NCBI GenBank assembly: GCA_019058445.1
Contig: JAHPZA010000007.1
Span: 20,129-84,128 of the forward strand
Source of the DNA: Promethearchaeota archaeon
GTDB lineage: Archaea > Asgardarchaeota > Lokiarchaeia > Sigyniarchaeales > SOKP01
DNA length: 64,000 nt
Direction of reading: 5' to 3'
Position 1 is the stretch's first letter. Each line of letters opens with the position of its first letter. This document shows, one piece after another, positions 27,684-37,023 of this stretch. The position numbers and the translations under genes are program-made. Under the pieces are notes generated by a model, which was given only the letters and a program-made list of their open reading frames with translations, did not search any database and was not told the origin of the DNA.

Positions 27684-28301
27684 TTGCCAAAAGATCTATT
27701 AGTGTTTAAAATTTTTGAGATTGGTGATTCTGATGATATCTTCTTCATAATTAATCAGGGAATACTTATGTTCTTTTTCTTTTTGAAATATATATTTATT
27801 TTCATCCTCTTAATGATATCTTTACTAACATTAACAAAATTAAGAGGAATTTATCTGCATGAAAGATATAATAAATTAGAGGAGAGTGAAAACAAATTGC
27901 TGAAACCCCGATTAATTTTGGGTATAACATATCTTTTTCTGGCAATTGGTATCGCTTTTAATTTTCTGATTTATTTTTTAATATGGATATCATATTTTCT
28001 TCCACCGCCATTAATTTTCCAGCTTCTGGATGTTATTGATCCGGGATTCTATGATCCTAATAGGATTCGCGATCCCAATAAGAATAAATATGAATTCGAG
28101 CGATTTATTTATCTTCTATTTGCATTAGCATCTTTTGAAGCATGCCTGCATTTAATCTTGACAATATGGTATTTAATAAATAATAATAGAAATATTAGCA
28201 ATCCTAGAGTAGTTATTCATAATTTAATTTGGTCTCTTTCTGTTTCAATTGTTTTTGGATTCTTAACCTTCGCACCATACTTTTTGCGGGCAACTTGGTG
28301 A
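27684..28301 (+). CDS. 4-TM membrane protein; paralog of 23598..24212
   Basis: collinear motif match to the paralog. Confidence 0.8.
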   Translation: MPKDLLVFKIFEIGDSDDIFFIINQGILMFFFFLKYIFIFILLMISLLTLTKLRGIYLHERYNKLEESENKLLKPRLILGITYLFLAIGIAFNFLIYFLIWISYFLPPPLIFQLLDVIDPGFYDPNRIRDPNKNKYEFERFIYLLFALASFEACLHLILTIWYLINNNRNISNPRVVIHNLIWSLSVSIVFGFLTFAPYFLRATW

Positions 28302-28391
28302 TGTTTGTTAAGCTAATCATGCTTTTCAGAAAAATCATTTATAAAAAACGTTAATATTAAATAATTGTATTTAGAATATTTTAAGATTTAA

Positions 28392-29798
28392 ATGACTGAA
28401 AGCAAAGGAAGTAAAGATCCATCTAATTTTAAAAATATAGAGCAAGAAGTCTTGAGGTTTCTTGATTCCAGAGGGTCAATTCGTGCAGCTCTTCTGCACA
28501 AGATCGAGAAACATTTTTGCGGTCAGAAATCCATTATAAATCTTCGTAAAGAGTTTTTATTATCATGTCTTTGGCAGATAGCTAAGGATAAGAAGATAGA
28601 AATAATTATCCCTGAGCTATTCCGCGTTAAATGGAGTCAAAAAAAGCTAACAAATTTAAAATATTTAAAGGATGGGATTTATCTATGTAGAAAGTTTCCG
28701 ATGATTCGAAATAAACTTCTTAAATCTATTTTAAATAATTATTACTTTGATTCAAGAAAGAGAAGTTTTAGTGAATTAGATCAAGGAATAGAATATCTTA
28801 AATTAATTTTAGAGAAGGTAAGAAATTTTAACAAAAAGATAATCATATATAACCCTTTAGGCAGCAATCCATTGGATATTTATGAAGAGAAGGCTCAATT
28901 TAATTATAAATTACAAAAAGCTAATTTTCAAATAAAACAAGATAACATGATTAAGGAAAAGTTAGATATTCCTTCAGAAGACCGGGCAGAGGCCTTGGCA
29001 GTAGTTCAAGGATATAGAAGTAGATATATGTGCTTTTATATTCCTTTAATTGAATCTATTTTAAAGACTATAGAGTATATTCAAGTACATAAGGAAGATC
29101 TTTCAGATTATGAAAAAGTTTTACAAGACTACACGGAAAAATTTGCCTATAATTGTATAGAATTTGTTAAGTCTGATTATATTGAAATAGAGCCAAATCC
29201 TTTAAGATGGGAAAGCATCTTCAACTATTTAGATCTTCCTATAAAAATTCTTGAGTATGATTTTAAATATATTAAATTTCATGGAAGAACATGGGAAAAT
29301 TATCAAATACTTAAAATTTGTATATATATTGAAAAACAAAAATCGAGTATTATAAAAAAATTGAAGAAATTAGGCTATGAAGAATTTCCTGAGGAAAATT
29401 ATGATGATCTTATTGCTATTGGTTTAAATATAGAGATCTATTATCCTTGCTCTACAATCGAGCATATCTATTTTTTAAGTAAATTTATATGCTTCTATTA
29501 TTTGTTTCTGTTATTTTATCACTCTTTTGAATACATCAAGGAAGTAAAACCGAAGATTCGCTTTACAAAGAAGGAGAAGAGTTTATATACAAAATTTTTA
29601 CCAGTGCTTACAAAGTTATTTAATTTAAATGAAAGTGAAAGTAAAGTTTCAAGGAAACTAGTTTTTAAATATTATACCCTTGATCCTGATGAACTGGAAA
29701 TAATTTTTAATCACTTTTTAATTAAAAGACTTAAAGAGATTGAAAAAAAATTGTTTTATTGGTGGAGATATAAAACAACTCTACTTAAACCGGCTTAA
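28392..29798 (+). CDS. hypothetical protein
   Basis: 468-aa ORF, no motif recognised. Confidence 0.75.
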   Translation: MTESKGSKDPSNFKNIEQEVLRFLDSRGSIRAALLHKIEKHFCGQKSIINLRKEFLLSCLWQIAKDKKIEIIIPELFRVKWSQKKLTNLKYLKDGIYLCRKFPMIRNKLLKSILNNYYFDSRKRSFSELDQGIEYLKLILEKVRNFNKKIIIYNPLGSNPLDIYEEKAQFNYKLQKANFQIKQDNMIKEKLDIPSEDRAEALAVVQGYRSRYMCFYIPLIESILKTIEYIQVHKEDLSDYEKVLQDYTEKFAYNCIEFVKSDYIEIEPNPLRWESIFNYLDLPIKILEYDFKYIKFHGRTWENYQILKICIYIEKQKSSIIKKLKKLGYEEFPEENYDDLIAIGLNIEIYYPCSTIEHIYFLSKFICFYYLFLLFYHSFEYIKEVKPKIRFTKKEKSLYTKFLPVLTKLFNLNESESKVSRKLVFKYYTLDPDELEIIFNHFLIKRLKEIEKKLFYWWRYKTTLLKPA

Positions 29799-29804
29799 GC
29801 TTGG

Positions 29805-30440
29805 TTAACAAAACTTATATTTAAATGGATTATATTTCTTTTCTTCTCCTATTGTGGTAATTCCTAAATGTCCCGCTAAAATTAAAAAGTCCTCACTTAA
29901 TTTTGGATTATAAATCAGTTTATTTCTAATGTTTGAACAGAGTAATTCTTCATTTCCTCCTGTGAGATCAGATCTTCCTTTATCTCTTCGAAAAATTAAG
30001 TCTCCCGTAAAAACTAATCCATCATATTCTCTGTTTTTGAAAAGCGTAATATCTTTACTGTACAAACTAATATTACCTGGAGAATGCCCTGCGGTTTCCA
30101 TGATATGTAAATTAATACCGTTGATATTTAAGACATCCTCCTCTCTCAGCCAATTATCTGCTCTCATCCATTTAAAAATTTTAAAATATTATAATTCCTT
30201 TTTATTATACCATAAGGGTACGTTATATCGCTGCATTAACGGTTTCAAAGTTTTTGTATGATCTGGGTGTGTATGAGTTAATATTATTCCAATTGGCTTA
30301 TATTGTAAAAGATCCAATTTATTAATAATTCTATTTGCCTCTCCGCCAGGTTCTATGATATAGACTTCTTTTTTCTTTGCAGATCCAATGATATAGCAAT
30401 TTGTTTCATATGGCCCTACTACAAGTTTTTCTAAAATCAT
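29805..30440 (-). pseudogene. MBL-fold (glyoxalase II/YcbL-like) hydrolase interrupted by an in-frame TAA
   Basis: THTHPDH in the 5' part, GHSPG/FTGD/GH in the 3' part; both in one frame, TAA at 30189-30191. Confidence 0.8.
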
Positions 30441-30594
30441 AAATGAGGATGAATATGTTATTTAGAAAGATAATTTTTAGCTCTTTTATCTTAATTATAC
30501 TTATTTTTATTAGTTTTATTTAAAGAAAAAATCAATAATCAAGTCAAAAAAATGAAAAGAAAAAAACTAAAATACAATGATTTCAAAAAGTTGC

Positions 30595-32220
30595 CTAAGT
30601 TATTTTCAATGGTATTGTTTTATAAGGAGTTTTCGCTTTTACCGATTTATTTAATGTTTTGTCATATAAGTTGAGTAATTTAGAAAACGTTCTTCTATAC
30701 CAAATGTGCTTTGTAATGGAATAAAAGGGATTTTTGAATTCCTTCTGTGCTTTAAAGATGGAATCTACTATTGAAAAAATTTCTTGTATTGATTTGGAAA
30801 AGGATAAATGCTTACTTGGTCTTATTACAGCACAATAAAGATACTGTTCTTTATTAAATATCTTCCACCACTGTTTGTAATAATATTTGGCTCCAAACAT
30901 TGCTTCTCCTTTATCATAAATTGTACTCCCAATTAATAAGCCGTATATGCCTATATGTAAATTAACCTTATATCTTTCCATAATTCCTTGTCCATCATAA
31001 TTTTTATCAAAAAAGAAACTCCGGCTCTCTTTGAAAGTATTTATATCGGCACCAGGTAATCCTAACATATAAAAGAATATAACAGGGGTATCAATTTCAT
31101 TAGCATATTCGATAATTTTTAATACTTTTTCTAAAAATGTTAATGCTCCTTTATTGATATCTGCTGAAGTTCTTCCCAGATTCTTACCAATCCTTGAGAG
31201 CAGCTTTTTTGATGTTGTTTCTAACCCTATTCCTGGAATTATATTAAACTTTTTAAACTTTTTCAGATCAGATATGGAGCAAGTCTCCACTCGTTCAAAT
31301 ATATAAGTTTTGAATGAAATCTTATGATAAATCTTCTCCAATTCTTTAAAAAACTGATCCTTTACATTTCTAGAGAAAAAGATAGGGTCAACAATAAATA
31401 AATTTTCAAAATTTAACCACTTTGTATCTAAAATAATATTTAGTTCTTTAATACAATTCTCTAATGATTTATATCTGACTCTTCTATAACTAGGCATATA
31501 GTTTTCAGAAGGCGGGCAAAATTTACACCTGAATTGGCAGCCCCTTCTCCATTGAATATAAAAATCACCAATCTCTCGAATTCTTTCTTTATACTTCTCG
31601 AATAAACTCAAATCTATGATAGGGACTTCATTTAAATTTTCTAATATTTCCCTTTGTAAAATGACTGGATTTTCATAGACTCCATTTCTCATCTGATTAG
31701 TTCCATTTGATATTCGTTGAACTAAATGATAAAAAGGGATTTCACCTTCATCAAGTATAATGTAATCGACTGGTGTTGTATTTTGAGGATAGAATTCATC
31801 AAAATAATGCGGTATATTTTCAATAAAAAGGTCTTCTGGACATACTGAAGCATGATAGCCTCCAAAGACAATATAACAAGAGGAATCTATTAAGTGCTTT
31901 ATCATTTTAGCGATCTCAATGGAATTAAGATAGCAAAATGAAGTATAGCACGATATCGCTGCAATATCGAACTTAAACCTCTTATAAATCTTTTTCAATA
32001 AGTTTCTCAATGCATCTCGATATTCTCCAATCTCTTCTGGCCAGTAATGAGGTAACCCTTCTATTCTTAAATCAACATACTCCTCTTCGATCTCTCCGTT
32101 AATTTTATGCTTTTTAGAGTTTAGATAATTACTAATACGTATAAAGGGTTCTGTACAAAAGTGAGCTTTTCCCCAGGATTCAAATGGTTGTAGATAAAGT
32201 ATTCTTATTTTTTTACTCAT
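30595..32220 (-). CDS. B12-binding radical SAM protein
   Basis: VFGGYHAS, EGE, RGCQFRCKFC, GLET. Confidence 0.9.
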   Translation of the reverse strand: MSKKIRILYLQPFESWGKAHFCTEPFIRISNYLNSKKHKINGEIEEEYVDLRIEGLPHYWPEEIGEYRDALRNLLKKIYKRFKFDIAAISCYTSFCYLNSIEIAKMIKHLIDSSCYIVFGGYHASVCPEDLFIENIPHYFDEFYPQNTTPVDYIILDEGEIPFYHLVQRISNGTNQMRNGVYENPVILQREILENLNEVPIIDLSLFEKYKERIREIGDFYIQWRRGCQFRCKFCPPSENYMPSYRRVRYKSLENCIKELNIILDTKWLNFENLFIVDPIFFSRNVKDQFFKELEKIYHKISFKTYIFERVETCSISDLKKFKKFNIIPGIGLETTSKKLLSRIGKNLGRTSADINKGALTFLEKVLKIIEYANEIDTPVIFFYMLGLPGADINTFKESRSFFFDKNYDGQGIMERYKVNLHIGIYGLLIGSTIYDKGEAMFGAKYYYKQWWKIFNKEQYLYCAVIRPSKHLSFSKSIQEIFSIVDSIFKAQKEFKNPFYSITKHIWYRRTFSKLLNLYDKTLNKSVKAKTPYKTIPLKIT

Positions 32221-32330
32221 TTTACTTCTTTTTTTTATTTTTTGTATGAATATATCTAACGACTCACATATTTTATTTAGCTAAGTATATAAACAACATC
32301 AAAAGCCAAAAAAAATAAAACATTTTATAG

Positions 32331-32355
32331 GAGGATTGCTAAGGAAAGCAATCTC
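32331..32355 (-). terminator. hairpin just after the stop of the upstream radical SAM gene
   Basis: GATTGCT-N6-AGCAATC inverted repeat. Confidence 0.4.
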
Positions 32356-32360
32356 ATTAA

Positions 32361-33905
32361 TTAATAATCACCTATAGTAGTTGTTAATCTTGGTAACGGA
32401 ACTTTAGGTGTAGCGATTTTCAAAAAATTGTGTTTTTCAAGAAATTCTATTAATTCTTTTTTTTGTTTTTTAATTATTTTTATAGCTTGCAGTAAGGGTA
32501 AATAGCCCCACTCTTTATTTCTATATTTTAATTTGTCAAGTTTTATGTGATTATCTGTAAAAATTTCGATGCTATCTATCAAAGATAATTCTCGCGAAGG
32601 TTTTATTGCAAATGCGCCCATTTTTAAAGTACTCATATTTTTCCACCACTCTTTAAAATAAGCTATAGTCCCATAATTCTTGTTTAAGAGACGCAAATTG
32701 TCATAATTGGCGGTTTTTGGGAAGAGATGATATAGAGTAGGACTGATATTAGCTTCCTCATTTTTAGCAATCCGATTTAAATTTGCAAAAGTTTCTTGAT
32801 AACTTTCTCGAGATTCCCCTGGATGATTACAGAGAATACCAATTGTATAATCATATCTTAATTTTTTATGAATTTTAAAAATTTTGTTTACCGCTCGCAA
32901 ATATCCTACAGGATCATACGTTTTGTTCATTATCCTTAGCATTTTTTTAGAAAAACTCTCAACACCATAGAATAAAAACATTTTTTTTTTCTTAAGCAGG
33001 CGCAATACCTTCTTATTTAAAATATCTACACGTGTTTCTAGAAAGTGGTTAATTATCTGCTCGTTTACCTTATATTTTTTTAAAAACTGCTTTAACCAAT
33101 CAATATTATAACCGAATACACAGTCGTAGAAACCAAAGACGCCTTGAAATCCGTGTTCTATTCCATAATTCACCATTGTATTAACCTCCTGTACGGCTCT
33201 CTTAGGACTATAGGCTCTCCATCTTTTAATACCTCTATTAACTAGTTTTTTTTCTATACAGAAGTTACACTGACTCGGACAGCTTCTGGAAAGACTAATA
33301 CTAAGCCCCCTAGCCTTATCTCTGAGCATATTTATATACTTATCTAATATTGAAAAATCTAAGGAAGGTAAATCATCTAGATTACCAATGGGGTTGTTTT
33401 TAAGGACTATAGGTGTTTCTTGCTTCTTAAAACCATTATTTACAATAAAATGGAGATTTAATTCACCTTCACCTATGTTAATATAATCTACCGGAGAATT
33501 TGGACAGATAAAATCATCAGGACAGCTTGTAGCATGATACCCACCGACAACTACTATTGCAGTTGGGAAAAAGCTCTGAAAATATTCAGCAATCAATTTA
33601 ACAGCTTGATAATCGAAAGATGTAGGTGACCCAATGCAAATATAACTATTTTCGGGAGTAAAATCTAATTGCGAAATTGATTCATCTAAGATTGAGTAAA
33701 GCGTATTTATGTCTTCACGTCTCAAAGGACCATCAAATTTTGGTTCAAAGTTAGTTTCGGCAGGTAAATAGATTAAATCACTCACTATATTATTTACTTT
33801 TGACTTTATAAAGTTATCGAGATAAATACTCCATGGTAGAATTTCAGAAGACAGTTTTTTTTTTACAAATTGGAATGGATTGATATATAAAACTTTTTTT
33901 TTCAT
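32361..33905 (-). CDS. B12-binding radical SAM protein
   Basis: VVGGYHAT, GEGE, SRSCPSQCNFC, GVES. Confidence 0.9.
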   Translation of the reverse strand: MKKKVLYINPFQFVKKKLSSEILPWSIYLDNFIKSKVNNIVSDLIYLPAETNFEPKFDGPLRREDINTLYSILDESISQLDFTPENSYICIGSPTSFDYQAVKLIAEYFQSFFPTAIVVVGGYHATSCPDDFICPNSPVDYINIGEGELNLHFIVNNGFKKQETPIVLKNNPIGNLDDLPSLDFSILDKYINMLRDKARGLSISLSRSCPSQCNFCIEKKLVNRGIKRWRAYSPKRAVQEVNTMVNYGIEHGFQGVFGFYDCVFGYNIDWLKQFLKKYKVNEQIINHFLETRVDILNKKVLRLLKKKKMFLFYGVESFSKKMLRIMNKTYDPVGYLRAVNKIFKIHKKLRYDYTIGILCNHPGESRESYQETFANLNRIAKNEEANISPTLYHLFPKTANYDNLRLLNKNYGTIAYFKEWWKNMSTLKMGAFAIKPSRELSLIDSIEIFTDNHIKLDKLKYRNKEWGYLPLLQAIKIIKKQKKELIEFLEKHNFLKIATPKVPLPRLTTTIGDY

Positions 33906-34076
33906 TTTTTCAAGAAAAAAGGAATTTTTATACTTTTTTAAAGAAAAAATAATTTAAACCCCATTTTTCTTCAGTTTTCCTCGTGAGCAATATTAATCAT
34001 TTACTATTAAATATTATTTATTTCTATTAAGCTAAAAACTACAAAAAATGAAATATTTTTAAGATAAATCAGTGAT

Positions 34077-34889
34077 TTAATAAAGGTTTACATGATTAGG
34101 TGATTCATATAAGAATACTTCATCATTAGGAAATTCCAAACTTAACATATTTGATAATCGTTTCATAGCTTTGATTTCACAATTATAATGGGGAACTCTA
34201 ATTAAAGACAATCCCGTGTCCCTAGCAAATATCGCATCTTCATAATTAAAGTCGCATGAAATAAGACAATTGCATCCCTGTGTAATGATTTGCTCTAAAA
34301 ACATATTATTTGGAAGCTTACCACCAATTATGCAAATTTTCTTTATTTCTGTATTCAATCCTCCCACATATAGTAGTTTGTCTACTTCTAAATTAACTTT
34401 TATTCGTTTCAATAGATCTTCTAATTTCAATGATTCAATTTGATTAGGATAATATTTTGGTAAACATAATCGTCCAATTGGAATAGCAACATTATTTTTA
34501 TTCATAATGTCAACAGTTTTATCAAGAATTAAATAAATTGTATCTACTATAGTATCAGATATTCCCCCCTCCGCTGCTATAAAAGAAGAATTTAATACAA
34601 AAATAGAAATTGGATATTTAGAGAGTAAAGATAATTTATTTACTAAAATTTGATTGAAATTTTCAATAGGCTTACTTATTAATCCTCGGTAAGTAATGAT
34701 AAGATTTACCTTGTTAAGAGTAGCATAATGAATTGCTTCTAAAGTCAAGTCTAGTGTTAGCATAATTTTTTTAATAACACTATTAGAGCTTCTGGATCCA
34801 TATTCAAGGCCATAATTCTCATTTTCTAATTTATACTCTTCAGGAGATAATTTATCTCTCAGTAATGAATTAATTTCTTTAAAATGCAT
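34077..34889 (-). CDS. Nif3/YbgI-like protein, degenerate metal site
   Basis: LTLDLT, LIITYRG in place of HHP, PHYNCE. Confidence 0.75.
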   Translation of the reverse strand: MHFKEINSLLRDKLSPEEYKLENENYGLEYGSRSSNSVIKKIMLTLDLTLEAIHYATLNKVNLIITYRGLISKPIENFNQILVNKLSLLSKYPISIFVLNSSFIAAEGGISDTIVDTIYLILDKTVDIMNKNNVAIPIGRLCLPKYYPNQIESLKLEDLLKRIKVNLEVDKLLYVGGLNTEIKKICIIGGKLPNNMFLEQIITQGCNCLISCDFNYEDAIFARDTGLSLIRVPHYNCEIKAMKRLSNMLSLEFPNDEVFLYESPNHVNLY

Positions 34890-35049
34890 TGATTTTAATA
34901 ACAGTTATTTTAAGTATTAAAAGAAATTTCTATATATAAAATAATAAAGAGTCTGTGGAAATTTTTTAAATTTTAAATAGGAGTTTTGAACTAAATTGAA
35001 TTATAGAACCATATAAAAGATTAGAAAAGTTTATAGAAGTGAAGTTATT

Positions 35050-35469
35050 ATGGTTGATAGTGATTGTATATTTTGCCAGATTGTTGAAAAAAAGATTCCC
35101 TCAAAAGTTTTATATGAAGATGAGAAAAATTTAGCATTTTTAGATATTTTTCCTATATATAAAGGTCATACAATTGTTATACCTAAGAGACATTATCACA
35201 ATTTAGAAGAAATTCCGGAATCTGAACTCATAGAAACATATAGAGTAGTTAAAGAATTAGCAACATTAATCCATCATAAACTTAACATAGACGGATATAA
35301 CATTCTTCAAAATAATTTCGAGGCTGCGGGTCAAGTGATCCAGCATTTTCATGTGCATATTATTCCTAGAAGTAAGAATGATGGAAGATTCAATATTAAA
35401 ATCCCAAGAGAACAGGCTAATGACGAAGAACTTAATAAAATTCTAGATATTTTACAAAAAAAAGAGTAA
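35050..35469 (+). CDS. HIT family nucleotide hydrolase
   Basis: CIFC, AFLDIFP, GH, AGQ...HFHVHIIPR. Confidence 0.95.
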   Translation: MVDSDCIFCQIVEKKIPSKVLYEDEKNLAFLDIFPIYKGHTIVIPKRHYHNLEEIPESELIETYRVVKELATLIHHKLNIDGYNILQNNFEAAGQVIQHFHVHIIPRSKNDGRFNIKIPREQANDEELNKILDILQKKE

Positions 35470-35532
35470 ATGGCTTTGGATTCTTAGAGGAAAAATAGAC
35501 TACTTTAAAAATATAGCTTAAAAAAATAGTTT

Positions 35533-35754
35533 ATGACATTAAAAGATTTGTTAAAGAACGCACCAAAGAAGATCAAAAACAAAGTTAAAGAATTTTTTTA
35601 TGATGAATTCGGGGGAAATTTAGTTGAATATGCTCTTCTGATTGGATTTGGGTTGTTTATATTCTTTCTTTTAGCAAGTATAGTGCTATCTATGATGGAT
35701 TGGACTGCTGGTCAATCAAGTGAATTTTATGAAACAGCTGAAGGATTCGAATAA
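35533..35754 (+). CDS. Flp/type IVb-like pilin
   Basis: FFYDEFG|GNLVEYALL followed by a hydrophobic helix. Confidence 0.8.
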   Translation: MTLKDLLKNAPKKIKNKVKEFFYDEFGGNLVEYALLIGFGLFIFFLLASIVLSMMDWTAGQSSEFYETAEGFE

Positions 35755-35811
35755 AAATATTAAATATATTTTTTGATAGAAACTTAATTCTAAAATTTTT
35801 GTAGAATAAAA

Positions 35812-36204
35812 TTAGTTCATTTTCAAAATAATACCCTCTTCATATGTGAAATTATATTTTATTTTCCACTCAGGAAGCATATCATAAAAAAAGTTTAAAT
35901 CAATATTTAAATAATTTAGAAATTCATTTATGGGTATTTTATTTGCTCCTGAAAGTACATTTTTAATTCTTTTTTCATATACTTCAGGCTGTTTAGCCAT
36001 TTCTTTTGCTATAGCTTCCTCTTCAAGTAATTTTTCTAGGTCTAATTGTTGTAAGTAATTAAAGTATTCTGCACTATCTAAAAAATTTTCAACAATTTTG
36101 CTTATCACTTGAGCTCTTGTCGTAGCGTATTTTCCAACAAGATTTTCAATTCTTTTCATATATCTTTCCGTTAATGTTACCGTTGTTCTGGCAGTGTCTG
36201 TCAT
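35812..36204 (-). CDS. ribbon-helix-helix domain protein
   Basis: RTTVTL strand followed by two helices (TRAQVISKIV). Confidence 0.7.
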   Translation of the reverse strand: MTDTARTTVTLTERYMKRIENLVGKYATTRAQVISKIVENFLDSAEYFNYLQQLDLEKLLEEEAIAKEMAKQPEVYEKRIKNVLSGANKIPINEFLNYLNIDLNFFYDMLPEWKIKYNFTYEEGIILKMN

Positions 36205-36267
36205 TTATAAACCATTATATTTCTCTAATAAGATAATATTGAAATTACTATTTATATGTTATGTTAA

Positions 36268-36288
36268 TTTATGATAATATGTCATAAA
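36268..36288. promoter_or_regulatory. palindrome between the divergent RHH and wHTH genes
   Basis: TTTATGA-N7-TCATAAA. Confidence 0.45.
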
Positions 36289-36401
36289 TAAGCACACTTA
36301 TATATTAATTCTACTTTATGAGTAATAAGAATCAAATTTTAAGATTCAATAATTAAAAAGTCGAAAATATGTCGAACTAAAACTAATGGAGGATTAATTT
36401 T

Positions 36402-36656
36402 ATGGCAAATAAAATGATGATTAAAGAATATTTTGAACTCAAAGAATTTATAACCCCGATTCAAAATAACTTAATAAAAGCATTACAACAAATAGGGCCC
36501 TCTACTAGAAGAGAGTTGGTTAGTTATCTAAATACTCCTAGGACGACAATCTATGATAATTTATTGAAATTACAAAAAAGAAAAGTTGTAGAAAAATTTA
36601 CACGAAATAATGGGAAAAGAGGGCGTCCAGTAGTTTTTTGGAAATTTGCAGGTTAA
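36402..36656 (+). CDS. small winged-HTH (TrmB-like) regulator
   Basis: STRRELV..LNTPRTTIYDNL, GRPVVFW; GGAGG Shine-Dalgarno. Confidence 0.85.
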   Translation: MANKMMIKEYFELKEFITPIQNNLIKALQQIGPSTRRELVSYLNTPRTTIYDNLLKLQKRKVVEKFTRNNGKRGRPVVFWKFAG

Positions 36657-37023
36657 TTTTTTTTTATATTTTTTTTTTTTTCAACTTTTTTTTAAAAAAT
36701 AAGATAAATAGGTTTTACTATTGATTTAATTTTCTATTCATAAAAATATTATATAGTCCTAAATTTCCATTGCAAATTTATATAATTAAATGTGAAAATG
36801 ATAAAGTCTATAAATAACTAATTAAATGGACCCCATTGAAAATATCTTTCGTAATATTTAAATTTAGTTATTACCTCTTTAATTTTCATCAATTTTCATG
36901 ATATTACTTCAAAAGACAAGAATATAAAATTTGCAATGGAAATTATGGAGTGTCAATAAAATTTTGCATTTATAGTATGAATTAAATTTTTCTAAATTTT
37001 ATATAATATAAAATAAAATAGTT

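Noticed and set aside
14956-29800. Provirus or ICE integrated at tRNA-Asn
   Set aside because: No integrase, relaxase, replication or capsid gene recognised and no att duplication of the tRNA end seen; a decayed element cannot be excluded
33940-34000. Selenopeptide or RiPP precursor by UGA read-through (MINIAHEEN*RKMGF...)
   Set aside because: Too short, no SECIS recognised, and could easily arise by chance
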